DNA from: Allobaculum fili
GTDB lineage: Bacteria; Bacillota_I; Bacilli_A; Erysipelotrichales; Erysipelotrichaceae
Assembly: GCF_020969955.1 (NCBI RefSeq)
Contig: NZ_JAHDSX010000010.1
Location: forward strand, 1-32,000
Length of the DNA stretch: 32,000 bases
Reading direction: 5' to 3'
A program made the translations under genes and the position numbers. Positions 8,515-16,773 of this stretch are shown here, piece by piece (position 1 is the first letter of the stretch; each line of letters opens with the position of its first letter). The notes under the pieces were generated by a model. It was not told the origin of the DNA. It saw nothing but the letters and a program-made list of their open reading frames with translations, and searched no databases.

Positions 8515-10305
8515 ATGCTGATATCGGCATCCCATCTGCATTTGGACTATGGAGACGGCCGTTCACCAATTCTCGACGATGAATCGATGGACGCCGAAGT
8601 TTCGGAAAAAATCGGACTGGTGGGCCGCAATGGTGCAGGGAAATCCTCTCTGCTCAAAATCCTGGCGGATCCCCAGACCACAGCGGGCAAAATCATCCGC
8701 AAGTCCGGAATGAAAACCCACATTCTGGAACAGAATCCCGTCTTTACGCAAAAGACGATCTGGCAGGAGATGAAAGCGGCCAACGACGCACTGAGCGATC
8801 CGCGCGATGACTATGAACTCAAGGCCATTCTGACGCGTCTCAAGCTGGACGATTTTGACGCGCCGATCGAACCGCTTTCCGGCGGCCAGAAGCGCCGTCT
8901 TTCGCTGGCCCTGACGCTGGCGGACCGGGCGGATCTGCTTCTTCTGGATGAACCGACCAATCATCTTGATATTGAAATGATTGAATGGCTGGAAAACTGG
9001 CTTTCCAAAACGAAGGCGACTGTCATTACCGTTACGCATGATCGCCGCTTTCTGGAACAGGCATGCACCCGAATTCTGGAGCTGACCGACGGTCATCTGT
9101 ACAGTCATCCCGGCTCCTACGCCGAATACCTGGAAGCCAGAGAAAAACGGGAAGCGGATGAACAGGCAAGAGCCGCCAAACGGGAAAACCTGTACCGTCA
9201 CGAACTCGAATGGGTACGGGCTGGCGTGCAGGCGCGTTCCACAAAGCAGAAGTCCCGTCTCGACCGGTTTGAAGAACTGCGCGCGCAGCGAACCAGCCGG
9301 CAGAACAAGACGATGGAACTGCGCTTTCCCAGCGAACGCCTGGGCAAGAAGACGCTCGAATGGCAGAACCTTTCCTTTGGCTATACGCCTGAGAAAATTC
9401 TGTTTCATGACTTTTCCTACCACTGCAAAAGAACGGACCGCATCGCGCTCGTCGGACCGAACGGCTGCGGAAAATCGACGTTCCTCAATCTGGTCGACGG
9501 CGATCTGACGCCGCTCACCGGCGCCTTTAATTTTGGCTCCACAGTAAAAATCGGCTATTTCCGACAGATCCCCGATCCGGCGGATGGAAACCTTCGTGTT
9601 CTGGACTATATCGAAAAAGAAGCCAAGGCAGTCGTTACCCTCGACGGCGCACAGAGCGCTTCGGCTATGCTCGAACGATTCCTGTTTGATAAGACCAGGC
9701 AGTATCTTCCGTTAAACCGGCTTTCAGGCGGCGAACGGCGCCGTCTCGAACTCGTTCGCGTGCTGATGAAAGCGCCGAACGTCCTGCTGCTCGACGAGCC
9801 GGGAAACGATCTGGATATCGAAACGCTGGAAGTTCTCGAAGACTATCTCGATAATTTCCCCGGCATAGTGCTGTTCGTTTCTCACGACCGTTTCTTCATC
9901 GACCGTACCGCGACCGAGCTGTTTGAACTGCAAAGCGACGGAACCTTCCTGCGTATTAGCGGAGGCTATTCCGATCTGCAGGTGTTCAAGGAAGAAGAAC
10001 GCCGCCAGGACAAAGCCAGACCGGCCAGTGCAGCCATTTCTGCCCGTCCAAAGGAAAAGAAGATTTCCTTTTCCTCCAAAGAGAAACGGGAGCTGGAAGA
10101 AATTCCACAGAAACTGGAAGCCAATACGGCTCGCATTGAAGAAATCGATAATCTTCTCGAGTCGGAAACGGATTATAAAAAAGTGGCCGAGCTGAGCGAT
10201 GAACGCGAAGCCCTTAGCCAGACCAATGAACAGCTTGAAGAGCGTTGGATGGAGCTCGAAGAAAAGCGGGAAGAAACCGCAAAACTTTACGCCGCGAAAA
10301 AATAA
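8515..10305 (+). CDS. ABC-F family ATPase (Uup/YfmR-like, soluble tandem NBD with C-terminal coiled coil)
   Basis: GGAGAGGAG SD. Two NBDs (GRNGAGKSS/LSGGQKRR/LLLLDEPTNHLD and GPNGCGKST/LSGGERRR/LLLDEPGNDLD). No TMD, an interdomain linker of about 80 aa and a charged C-terminal helix. Confidence 0.9.
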   Translation: MLISASHLHLDYGDGRSPILDDESMDAEVSEKIGLVGRNGAGKSSLLKILADPQTTAGKIIRKSGMKTHILEQNPVFTQKTIWQEMKAANDALSDPRDDYELKAILTRLKLDDFDAPIEPLSGGQKRRLSLALTLADRADLLLLDEPTNHLDIEMIEWLENWLSKTKATVITVTHDRRFLEQACTRILELTDGHLYSHPGSYAEYLEAREKREADEQARAAKRENLYRHELEWVRAGVQARSTKQKSRLDRFEELRAQRTSRQNKTMELRFPSERLGKKTLEWQNLSFGYTPEKILFHDFSYHCKRTDRIALVGPNGCGKSTFLNLVDGDLTPLTGAFNFGSTVKIGYFRQIPDPADGNLRVLDYIEKEAKAVVTLDGAQSASAMLERFLFDKTRQYLPLNRLSGGERRRLELVRVLMKAPNVLLLDEPGNDLDIETLEVLEDYLDNFPGIVLFVSHDRFFIDRTATELFELQSDGTFLRISGGYSDLQVFKEEERRQDKARPASAAISARPKEKKISFSSKEKRELEEIPQKLEANTARIEEIDNLLESETDYKKVAELSDEREALSQTNEQLEERWMELEEKREETAKLYAAKK

Positions 10306-10445
10306 GAAAACGAGTAAGAATACTAGACGAGTAAGAAGACGAACAGGAAAAACAAGAAAAAAGAGGAAAGCCCGAAGAGCTCGCTCAAAAACGCTTCTCT
10401 CGAAAGAATTCGTTCGAAAAATTGAAAACTTAAAACGATGCGAAA

Positions 10446-10485
10446 AGCCGGTCTGGATTCGAGTCTGTCCAGACCGGCTTTTCGC
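10446..10485 (+). terminator. Rho-independent terminator after the ABC-F gene
   Basis: GCCGGTCTGGA-ttcgagtctg-TCCAGACCGGC followed by TTTTC. Confidence 0.6.
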
Positions 10486-10552
10486 ATGGACGCTCTGGAT
10501 CTGCAGGGCCTTCGGGCATAAGGCAGCCTGGCCTCTGGGGAGCATTTCTATA

Positions 10553-11314
10553 ATGAATGCACAGCAGGTCTCTTTTTCGAGCAGAAGCCAGATGGAACGG
10601 ATCAATGCTTTCAAATTAGGGCAAGATCTCGGGCCCAGGGCGCTCAAGAGTGCGGCCGACCTTCTGATCGACAGAAATTTGTTGGAGCCTGCAGAAAGTG
10701 AGTGGATAGCGATGAGTGATTTTCTGAATCATTTAAAAGAAGATGTCGAAAAGGGCGGCGAAGAAATCAAGGACGTATGGCATCATGCCAAAGAATCTTT
10801 TGAAGCCGATGCCGCTGCAGAAAATGCGGAACTGGATTCCTACCATGATCTGTTTGCCTGGGCAGACGGCAGTCTGCTCGCCCTTCCGTTTGACGAGAAG
10901 GAAATTTCGCAGAAAGACCAGGAAATGCGGACGCTGGCTGTCATGGCAGTGAAAGATCAGTCGATCTGTGCGCCAGCGGACGGTGTGATTGAATCAATCG
11001 ATCTGCCGCAAAATACGATTGTGATCAAGACCAGTCCTGTGAATACGCTGGCGATTAAAGTATGCGTCGGCACTGTTTCCTTTGAAAAGGATGCGACGAT
11101 TCTCGTTCATCCCGGTCAGGATGTACAGGCCGGCCAGCCGTTAGTTCGCTTCGCCCATCCGATCGAAGCTAAGTCGAAGCTGATGCTGGCGGAACCGAAG
11201 ACGTTTGCGGATTTTAAAGGCGCCGGCTACGTTCCAAACCATGAACCGGGCGTCATCGGACGAAACGAAATTATTATCACCACCCAGCCGAAGGCAAAAG
11301 TGTACAAGGCGTAA
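10553..11314 (+). CDS. hypothetical protein with a C-terminal EIIA(Glc)-like/hybrid-barrel domain lacking the phospho-histidines
   Basis: Start moved to ATG 10553 (GGGGAG upstream). The ORF-track start at 10199 lies inside the ABC-F gene and reads through its terminator. The C-terminal segment ICAPADGVIESIDLPQNTIVIKTSPVNTLAIKVCVGTVSFEKDATILVHPGQDVQAGQPLVRF resembles PTS EIIA-Glc. The start is uncertain; ATG near 10712 is an alternative. Confidence 0.55.
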   Translation: MNAQQVSFSSRSQMERINAFKLGQDLGPRALKSAADLLIDRNLLEPAESEWIAMSDFLNHLKEDVEKGGEEIKDVWHHAKESFEADAAAENAELDSYHDLFAWADGSLLALPFDEKEISQKDQEMRTLAVMAVKDQSICAPADGVIESIDLPQNTIVIKTSPVNTLAIKVCVGTVSFEKDATILVHPGQDVQAGQPLVRFAHPIEAKSKLMLAEPKTFADFKGAGYVPNHEPGVIGRNEIIITTQPKAKVYKA

Positions 11315-11383
11315 AGACGGGCATATCCAAAAGGGCCCATGACAGGGCTCGATATAATGAAGTCAATCAAGGAGGTCTGAATC

Positions 11384-11821
11384 ATGAGTGATTTCTTTAA
11401 AGATCTGGGAAAAGATGTGAAAGAGGGCTGGGACAAAATGTCCGACTCTGTAGAAAAGGAAGCGGAAAAGCTGAAAGCTGACTTCGAAAGCGACAAGGAA
11501 AAAGCCAAGGAAAAAGCCGCAGACGTAAAAAAAGAGACCGAAGCCAAAGAAGCTGAATGCAAGGCAGATCTTGCCAAGGATGATGCCAAGGCAAAAGCCG
11601 ATACCAAAGCCTTCAACGAAAAAGTCAAAGCCGGTGCAGAAGAATTTGCCAGCGATGTGAAAAAAGGCTATGACGACGCCAAGGACAAAGTCGAAGACGC
11701 TGCTGACAAAGCAAAAGCTGACGTAAAAAAAGACACAGCCGATGCGAAAGAAAAAGTCGAAGCTTTCAACAAAGATGTGAAAGCCGACGTGAAAAAAGCA
11801 GAAGACAAACTCAAAAAGTAG
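11384..11821 (+). CDS. K/A/D/E-rich repeat protein (LEA-like / general-stress-like, predicted amphipathic helices)
   Basis: AAGGAGG SD and a terminator downstream. The 145-aa product consists of reiterated segments such as KADVKKDTADAKEKVEAFNKDVKADVKK. Confidence 0.65.
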   Translation: MSDFFKDLGKDVKEGWDKMSDSVEKEAEKLKADFESDKEKAKEKAADVKKETEAKEAECKADLAKDDAKAKADTKAFNEKVKAGAEEFASDVKKGYDDAKDKVEDAADKAKADVKKDTADAKEKVEAFNKDVKADVKKAEDKLKK

Positions 11822-11852
11822 TCCCCAGGCATACCCAAAACTGAATAATTAT

Positions 11853-11879
11853 CTGGCCGGATAACTCCGGCCTTTTTCC
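11853..11879 (+). terminator. Rho-independent terminator
   Basis: GGCCGG-ataact-CCGGCC followed by TTTTT. Confidence 0.5.
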
Positions 11880-12398
11880 TGCTGAAAACTTTTTGTTCCG
11901 TAACGGACCGGCTGCCTTTACGAAGAACCGGTCAGTCGGAAAACGGGAAAATGAAGCATTTTTCCAGGGGATAACCGAGGCGAAAAATCATTGAAAAAAG
12001 TGCCCGCAAAGCATCAGAAATGATCTGAATGCGATGGGACCGGACGGCTCCTTCAACCGGGATTTGAAAGGCAAAAAGCTGGATTCTGAGATGAAAAAAG
12101 TTAAGAATTCTGATCAGATGTTTGTCTTTTTGCACTTGACATTTTTGTATGGAATCGATGGCTAAAATTGTTGTCGGATTCCCTATAAGCTTGTTAAAAT
12201 CAACAATAAGAGGTTATAGCTATATCTGAAACGATTGCATATGTCAGGCGAAGCGGATATGCCTACAGGAATATTCGAAAAAAAACGCCTCATGCGGCAA
12301 GAAATTCTAACGATTTGAGGTTTACAAATCAGGGAATGTTGATTTTTCAATCGTTACAGGTAGTATAAAGAACGTAGAAGAAATAGAAGGGTATCTTT

Positions 12399-12620
12399 AT
12401 GGTCAAGAACAACATCGAAGTGGACATTAAAGTTAAAATTCTCGAAGGGGGATATACCCAGGAACGTCTCGGCACCAAAATTGGAACTACTTCCCAGTAC
12501 GTTAATCGCATCATCAAGAAGAAAGAGGGCCTTCTGAACAAGACCTTTATTCAGATGATGGAGGCTCTTGGTTACGATATTGAACTGGTTTATGTCCCTT
12601 GCGAGAATCACGACAATTAA
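12399..12620 (+). CDS. XRE-family helix-turn-helix transcriptional regulator (73 aa)
   Basis: GYTQERLGTKIGTTSQYVNRIIKKKEG is a classic Cro/C1 HTH. A terminator follows. Confidence 0.8.
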   Translation: MVKNNIEVDIKVKILEGGYTQERLGTKIGTTSQYVNRIIKKKEGLLNKTFIQMMEALGYDIELVYVPCENHDN

Positions 12621-12662
12621 TAATCTCGAGCAAGTACAATCATCGACGAACTGATCATAGAA

Positions 12663-12701
12663 AAACAGAGAGATCCGCGCGGTTTCTCTGTTTCTTTTTT
12701 C
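12663..12701 (+). terminator. Rho-independent terminator
   Basis: AAACAGAGA...TCTCTGTTT hairpin followed by a T-rich run (CTTTTTT). Confidence 0.6.
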
Positions 12702-12902
12702 TTTACCTGGATTTTTGGAAAAGCGGAAGATTTCACCCGCCCATAAAAGCGTGAGGGAATCCTGCTATACTGAAAAACGAGCCCGATCCGCTCCTGCTGA
12801 AAGATCGATTAAAGTGCTTCTCCTGCAAATCTCGAAAGAGAGGAGTTCGAAACAATTCCAGAAGCCATGCAGGAAACGGCATCAAGAATACGGAGGAATA
12901 CC

Positions 12903-13373
12903 ATGTCGCAAGCTAACAACGGAAAAAAAGTCATCGCCTACAACCGGAGCGCCCGGCATGAGTATGAAATTCTCGAAACTTACGAGGCAGGCATTGAACT
13001 CAAGGGAACCGAAATCAAAAGCGTACGAAAAGGAAAAGTGCAGCTGAAGGACTCCTATATTTCCATTCGCAATGGACAGGCCACGGTGAAGGATATGCAT
13101 ATTTCCCCGTATGAATTTGGCAACCGCTTCAACCATGATGAAACCCGGGACCGCCGTCTGCTGCTTCACAAAAACGAAATTCTGAAACTCGATCAGGCAG
13201 TCCGCCTGAAAGGGCTGACTCTGGTTCCACTGTCCATGTATATTTCCCATGGTCTGGCCAAACTGGAAATTGCGCTGGCCCGAGGCAAGAACATTCATGA
13301 CAAGCGGGAAACCGCCAAAAAGCGCGATGCGGAACGCGATATTCGCAAGGCGCTCAAAGGCAGCTGGTCCTGA
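12903..13373 (+). CDS. smpB: SsrA-binding protein SmpB
   Basis: Start at MSQANNGKKVIAYNRSARHEYEILE behind GGAGGA; the ORF-track start at 12867 is upstream of the SD. Canonical SmpB motifs are present (GIELKGTEIKS, RRLLLHKNEI). Confidence 0.93.
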   Translation: MSQANNGKKVIAYNRSARHEYEILETYEAGIELKGTEIKSVRKGKVQLKDSYISIRNGQATVKDMHISPYEFGNRFNHDETRDRRLLLHKNEILKLDQAVRLKGLTLVPLSMYISHGLAKLEIALARGKNIHDKRETAKKRDAERDIRKALKGSWS

Positions 13374-13461
13374 TCGCGCTTTACCGCTCTGGATCTGTAC
13401 CGCCTGGAAAACGGTCAAAACCGGCCGCCGCTTAAAAAAATTGAAATCGAAAATCTTTTGC

Positions 13462-13489
13462 TTGCATACAGTTTGAATTTTGCTAGAAT
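13462..13489 (+). promoter_or_regulatory. putative sigma-A promoter of ssrA
   Basis: TTGCAT (13462-13467), a 16-nt spacer, then TAGAAT (13484-13489), about 22 nt upstream of the mature tmRNA 5' end. Confidence 0.45.
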
Positions 13490-13511
13490 ATTTAATCGAG
13501 GACGACATGCC

Positions 13512-13888
13512 GGGGATGTTTCTGGCATTCGATGAGTAATTGTTTGGACTCAGTCACAGCCGGGTGATTCCGTTAAAATCATTCAAAATAAACGCTAACA
13601 CATTTAACTTCGGCCGCACCAACACTGGTGCCATGGCCTTCGCTGCTTAATTTATTCACTACGCGTGATCGCAGCCTGTTCAGATCAGTTCGCTTTCTTA
13701 TCGTCTGAACAGATGGCGTAAAGAAGATAAGCTGACGAAGCGACTGGCTTCGCCGGACGAAAATCCAACAGTCACCCCATCAGAAATTGTGTCTGTCCAA
13801 GTCTGATGGTCAAATGACAGACTAAGCTGTAAACACTGATTCGTGGGACATTGCTTAGACGCGAGTTCGACTCTCGCCATCTCCACCA
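13512..13888 (+). ncRNA. ssrA: tmRNA (SsrA)
   Basis: The 5' end GGGGATG pairs with the 3' CATCTCC-A-CCA, including G3:U70. The T-arm is GAGTTCGACTCTC. The internal tag reading frame is 13594-13650 (GCT AAC ... GCC TTC GCT GCT TAA). It lies directly downstream of smpB. Confidence 0.9.
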
Positions 13889-13955
13889 AATGAAGACCAC
13901 AGTGATGCAAGTCCTCTGCAGAGATAGTGCAAGTCTATCCGTCTTCATCAAATAT

Positions 13956-14031
13956 GGGGTGTTAGCTCAGCTGGGAGAGCGCATGGCTGGCAGCCATGAG
14001 GTCAGGGGTTCGATCCCCCTACGCTCCACCA
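13956..14031 (+). tRNA. tRNA-Ala (anticodon GGC)
   Basis: GGGGTGTTAGCTCAGCTGGGAGAGCGCATGGCTGGCAGCCATGAGGTCAGGGGTTCGATCCCCCTACGCTCCACCA. G3:U70 is present, the anticodon loop is CUGGCAG and CCA is encoded. Confidence 0.92.
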
Positions 14032-14042
14032 TATGGAAATAA

Positions 14043-14078
14043 CCCTTTAGGTAAAGCGCCTAAAGGGCCTTTTTTTTT
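14043..14078 (+). terminator. Rho-independent terminator after tRNA-Ala
   Basis: CCCTTTAGG-taaagcg-CCTAAAGGG followed by a run of 9 T. Confidence 0.75.
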
Positions 14079-14205
14079 GTTATGTGCGATTTGTGTGCGA
14101 TTTTTTCTTGGTCGTATGCAGTGCCGACAGAACATCGTCTTCTGATCTGTCGACCAGGTGGCCGATTATTCCTTTCCGGAAAAAGAAAAGAGTCGGTCAG
14201 GGATC

Positions 14206-14415
14206 TTAATAAATCGCTGAAACAGATTGAATTGGTATTTCGATTAGGTTGCCATCTATCCCTTCAATAAGCAAAGCATCATCATAATTGTCAAAATCAT
14301 CTTTATCTAAAATCTGAATGAATATGCCGTTAACCGGCGGGCTATCTGTACAAACCACCGAAATGGGCTTATCTGTTTTCATTTTTACTCTGTTCATTAC
14401 GTCTTCTAAACTCAT
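14206..14415 (-). CDS. small acidic hypothetical protein (69 aa)
   Basis: GGGGAGA SD lies 7 nt upstream of the ATG. No recognisable family. It overlaps the even weaker ORF 14369-14575. Confidence 0.3.
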   Translation of the reverse strand: MSLEDVMNRVKMKTDKPISVVCTDSPPVNGIFIQILDKDDFDNYDDALLIEGIDGNLIEIPIQSVSAIY

Positions 14416-15685
14416 TTGATGGTCTCCCCGGAACTAGATGTGCTCCTGTCTTGGAAAAATTTATCACAACAGTATCTGTATCTTCATTTGAAGTCTTTGA
14501 GATATACTCTCCAATTTTAGTTTTTATCAATTGAAAACTGTTCCACTTTGGTCGGAAGGGGGGCCTCCCTGTCATAGTTATCGGAACCCTGCTCTTCCGG
14601 GTGAATACATCAGGCCACTTTTCTTGTTAAGGCACGAGAAATACGACCTGTTCAAGATTGATGGATATATACCATATTTAAATATAAAGCAGGTTTCTGA
14701 ATTTTCTGAAACAGAAATGAGATCCTGTGTCTGCAAAACAGGAAGATCAGACCGCTTGTCGCTTGCATCAGAAATTGCACCTCCTTGGACAGACAAAAAA
14801 AGCGCTGGCTAGGCAGCGCTCTCTGAATCGTGCTGCGGAATGAATTTTTCCATCTCCTGAGCAATGGCGTCATTCTCGTAAATGCCCTGGTCGCGGCAGG
14901 CGCAATGGAAGTCATAGCATAAATCCAGCGGCATACAAACATTTGATGATGATTTCGGGATTTACGTCTTTCTTCTTTTTGGAAATATACCAGTGCAGGA
15001 AGACTCCAATAAGGACAATCACGATGAGGCTGGATATCGCCTGAATCAGATAGTAATGCGTGCTGTGCATGAATTTTGGTTACCATGTGCAGAAAAGACA
15101 TTCGAATCCATTCCAAAGGCGGTGTGTCGATTTACCCGCTCGCTTACAGCAGCAGGGCGATTAGTGAACTGACCAGATCCACAAGGAATTGGGGAGCGGA
15201 AAGAAGCAGGGAACAGTAGAGAAGATCTTCCAGAGCTCTTTTGATTCTGGATCGGGTACGTGATTTGCTTTTGCAGGAGCGATCTTCAGTCAAATCGGGA
15301 TTCGATTCATGGTACATCGGTTTTTACCTCGCTTTCTGCAGACTTGAAGTCCAAAGATGAAGAATAAGAAATTCAGAAGATTGAGGATTCCCAAACACCC
15401 GAATCCGAAAAGGCAGAATCCGGGCTTTCAGGATGCGCCCGAGAAAATGGATGAAAAAATGAAAAAGAAATGCGGACAGAGCACTGGAGAACGTGGAAAA
15501 CTTTCAAAATGGAAATTTTACCCGTCTTCGCGGATCCTTCCGCCCTGTACCAGCGATGATTTTTGATTTACGCTTCCTGAATCGGACTGAGAATGCTGGC
15601 AAGTGAATCCCGCATTTCCAGGTGCAGGCATCTGCTGCTCAGTCTTTCTGAAAAACAGATCATTCAAAGGTTAGGAGAATCGCAT

Positions 15686-16167
15686 ATGACAACGAGGGAG
15701 AACGTATTAAGCGCAGAAGAAAAGAAATTAGTCTTACGCAAAGCGAACTGGCGGAGCGTCTTGGCTACACCAGCAAAGCTGCGATCAGCCGCATTGAACG
15801 CGGCGAGAACAATTTCCCGCTCAACAACATTGAGGCGTGGGAAAAAGCTCTGCATACCACCCGCGATTACCTTCTCAGCAAATCCGACATGAATGATCTC
15901 AACGGCCAGTCCTTTACCTGGACAGCCAGGGATAATGTCATGAATAAAATCGACGCCGGCGATACTGTGAAATTGGACAAGACCTCCGCTGCGCAGAGCG
16001 GCGATCTGGTTCTAGCGGATGTGAATGGCGCCATCGTCGTGCGCCGCCTGATTCAGAAAGACGGCGTGACGATGCTGCGGGCTGACAATCCGGATTACGA
16101 AGATTTCTTCAATCCGAAGTTTCAAATTCTTGGGGTTGCGGTTTCGGTAGAGAAGGTGCTTCATTAA
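15686..16167 (+). pseudogene. phage CI/LexA-type repressor (XRE HTH plus S24 peptidase-like domain), frameshifted at codon 2
   Basis: AGGAGAA SD plus ATG at 15686. The HTH (GERIKRRRKEISLTQSELAERLGYTSKAAISRIERGE) and the S24-like domain are read in the frame of 15688. That frame is open from 15651 to 16167 but has no ATG/GTG/TTG before 15889. A single G lost from ATGGAC giving ATGAC explains it. Confidence 0.7.
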
Positions 16168-16773
16168 ATGCTTTTGAACGGTACGTTCTAACCGTTTCTG
16201 CCGTATCTTCTCCCTATCCTGTCCGCGTTGAGTCGAGCGTTCGCTCCGGATTTGTTAAAATTCAGGAGCTGTCCACTCAGTCTGAATGGGACGAGCGAAT
16301 CCTGCTAAAGCTGGCAGGCTGACCGGTCGCTTTGCAGGCGACACTTAAAAACGGCGGGAAGATTTACCGCGAAACAAAACGGGGAATCCGGCGCACGATA
16401 AGGTGAATATTACGCGCGGTTGTGCGGGACTGCCGGCAGGATGGACAGACGCAGCTGCAGGAGAGAAAACGGAAATGAAACTGGTATCGAGAATGACACC
16501 CGCTCTGCTAAAAAGTGGAACGAGACGCAGACGATGGAAGAAAAGGATCTTTGTGGACTGGTTTTCTGCATGCCCAATGGCGCAGATGCGCTCTGGTCCA
16601 GACCAGAGCCGGAAGATCTGGAAATTGTAGTGGACAGACAAAATCTCAAAAATCCCGTGGAAGGCAAAACGGATCTTGTGCGGACCTGGACGAGTGTGAA
16701 AGACACGCCGCTTCGCCATCCGCACGCGTTTTCCATACGGCCTGCGGCTTCAATTGAGCGGACCTGCGTACTG

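Noticed and set aside
10199-10552. K/R-rich N-terminal extension of the 371-aa ORF (MNAKPLARPMNSLKSVGW...RRVRRRTGKTRKKRKARRARSK).
   Set aside because: It overlaps the 3' end of the ABC-F gene out of frame and reads straight through its terminator hairpin (10446-10485). The composition reflects an A/G-rich spacer. The start was moved to 10553.
12715-13047. A 110-aa plus-strand ORF overlapping the smpB start.
   Set aside because: It is out of frame with the unambiguous smpB, basic and low-complexity in composition, and lacks an SD.
14079-14205. Searched for a tyrosine-integrase 3' end or an att duplicate next to tRNA-Ala. The minus-strand peptide ...GIIGHLVDRSEDDVLSALHTTKKKSHTNRT looked vaguely integrase-like.
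   Set aside because: The open frame is only about 35 codons long, lacks the catalytic Tyr context, and has no upstream continuation. I found no repeat of the tRNA-Ala or tmRNA 3' end further downstream.
14652-15116. A 154-aa minus-strand ORF in the decayed region.
   Set aside because: The composition is not protein-like (R/S/C/H-rich), there is no SD at its ATG, and it crosses a terminator hairpin. Only its last 38 codons, which have their own strong SD, are kept as a low-confidence small ORF.
15593-15892. A 99-aa ORF (…MTTRENVLSAEEKKLVLRKANWRSVLATPAKLRSAALNAARTISRST…) as a real gene.
   Set aside because: It is the out-of-frame read of the frameshifted repressor. The adjacent frame encodes a textbook XRE HTH continuous with the S24-like domain.
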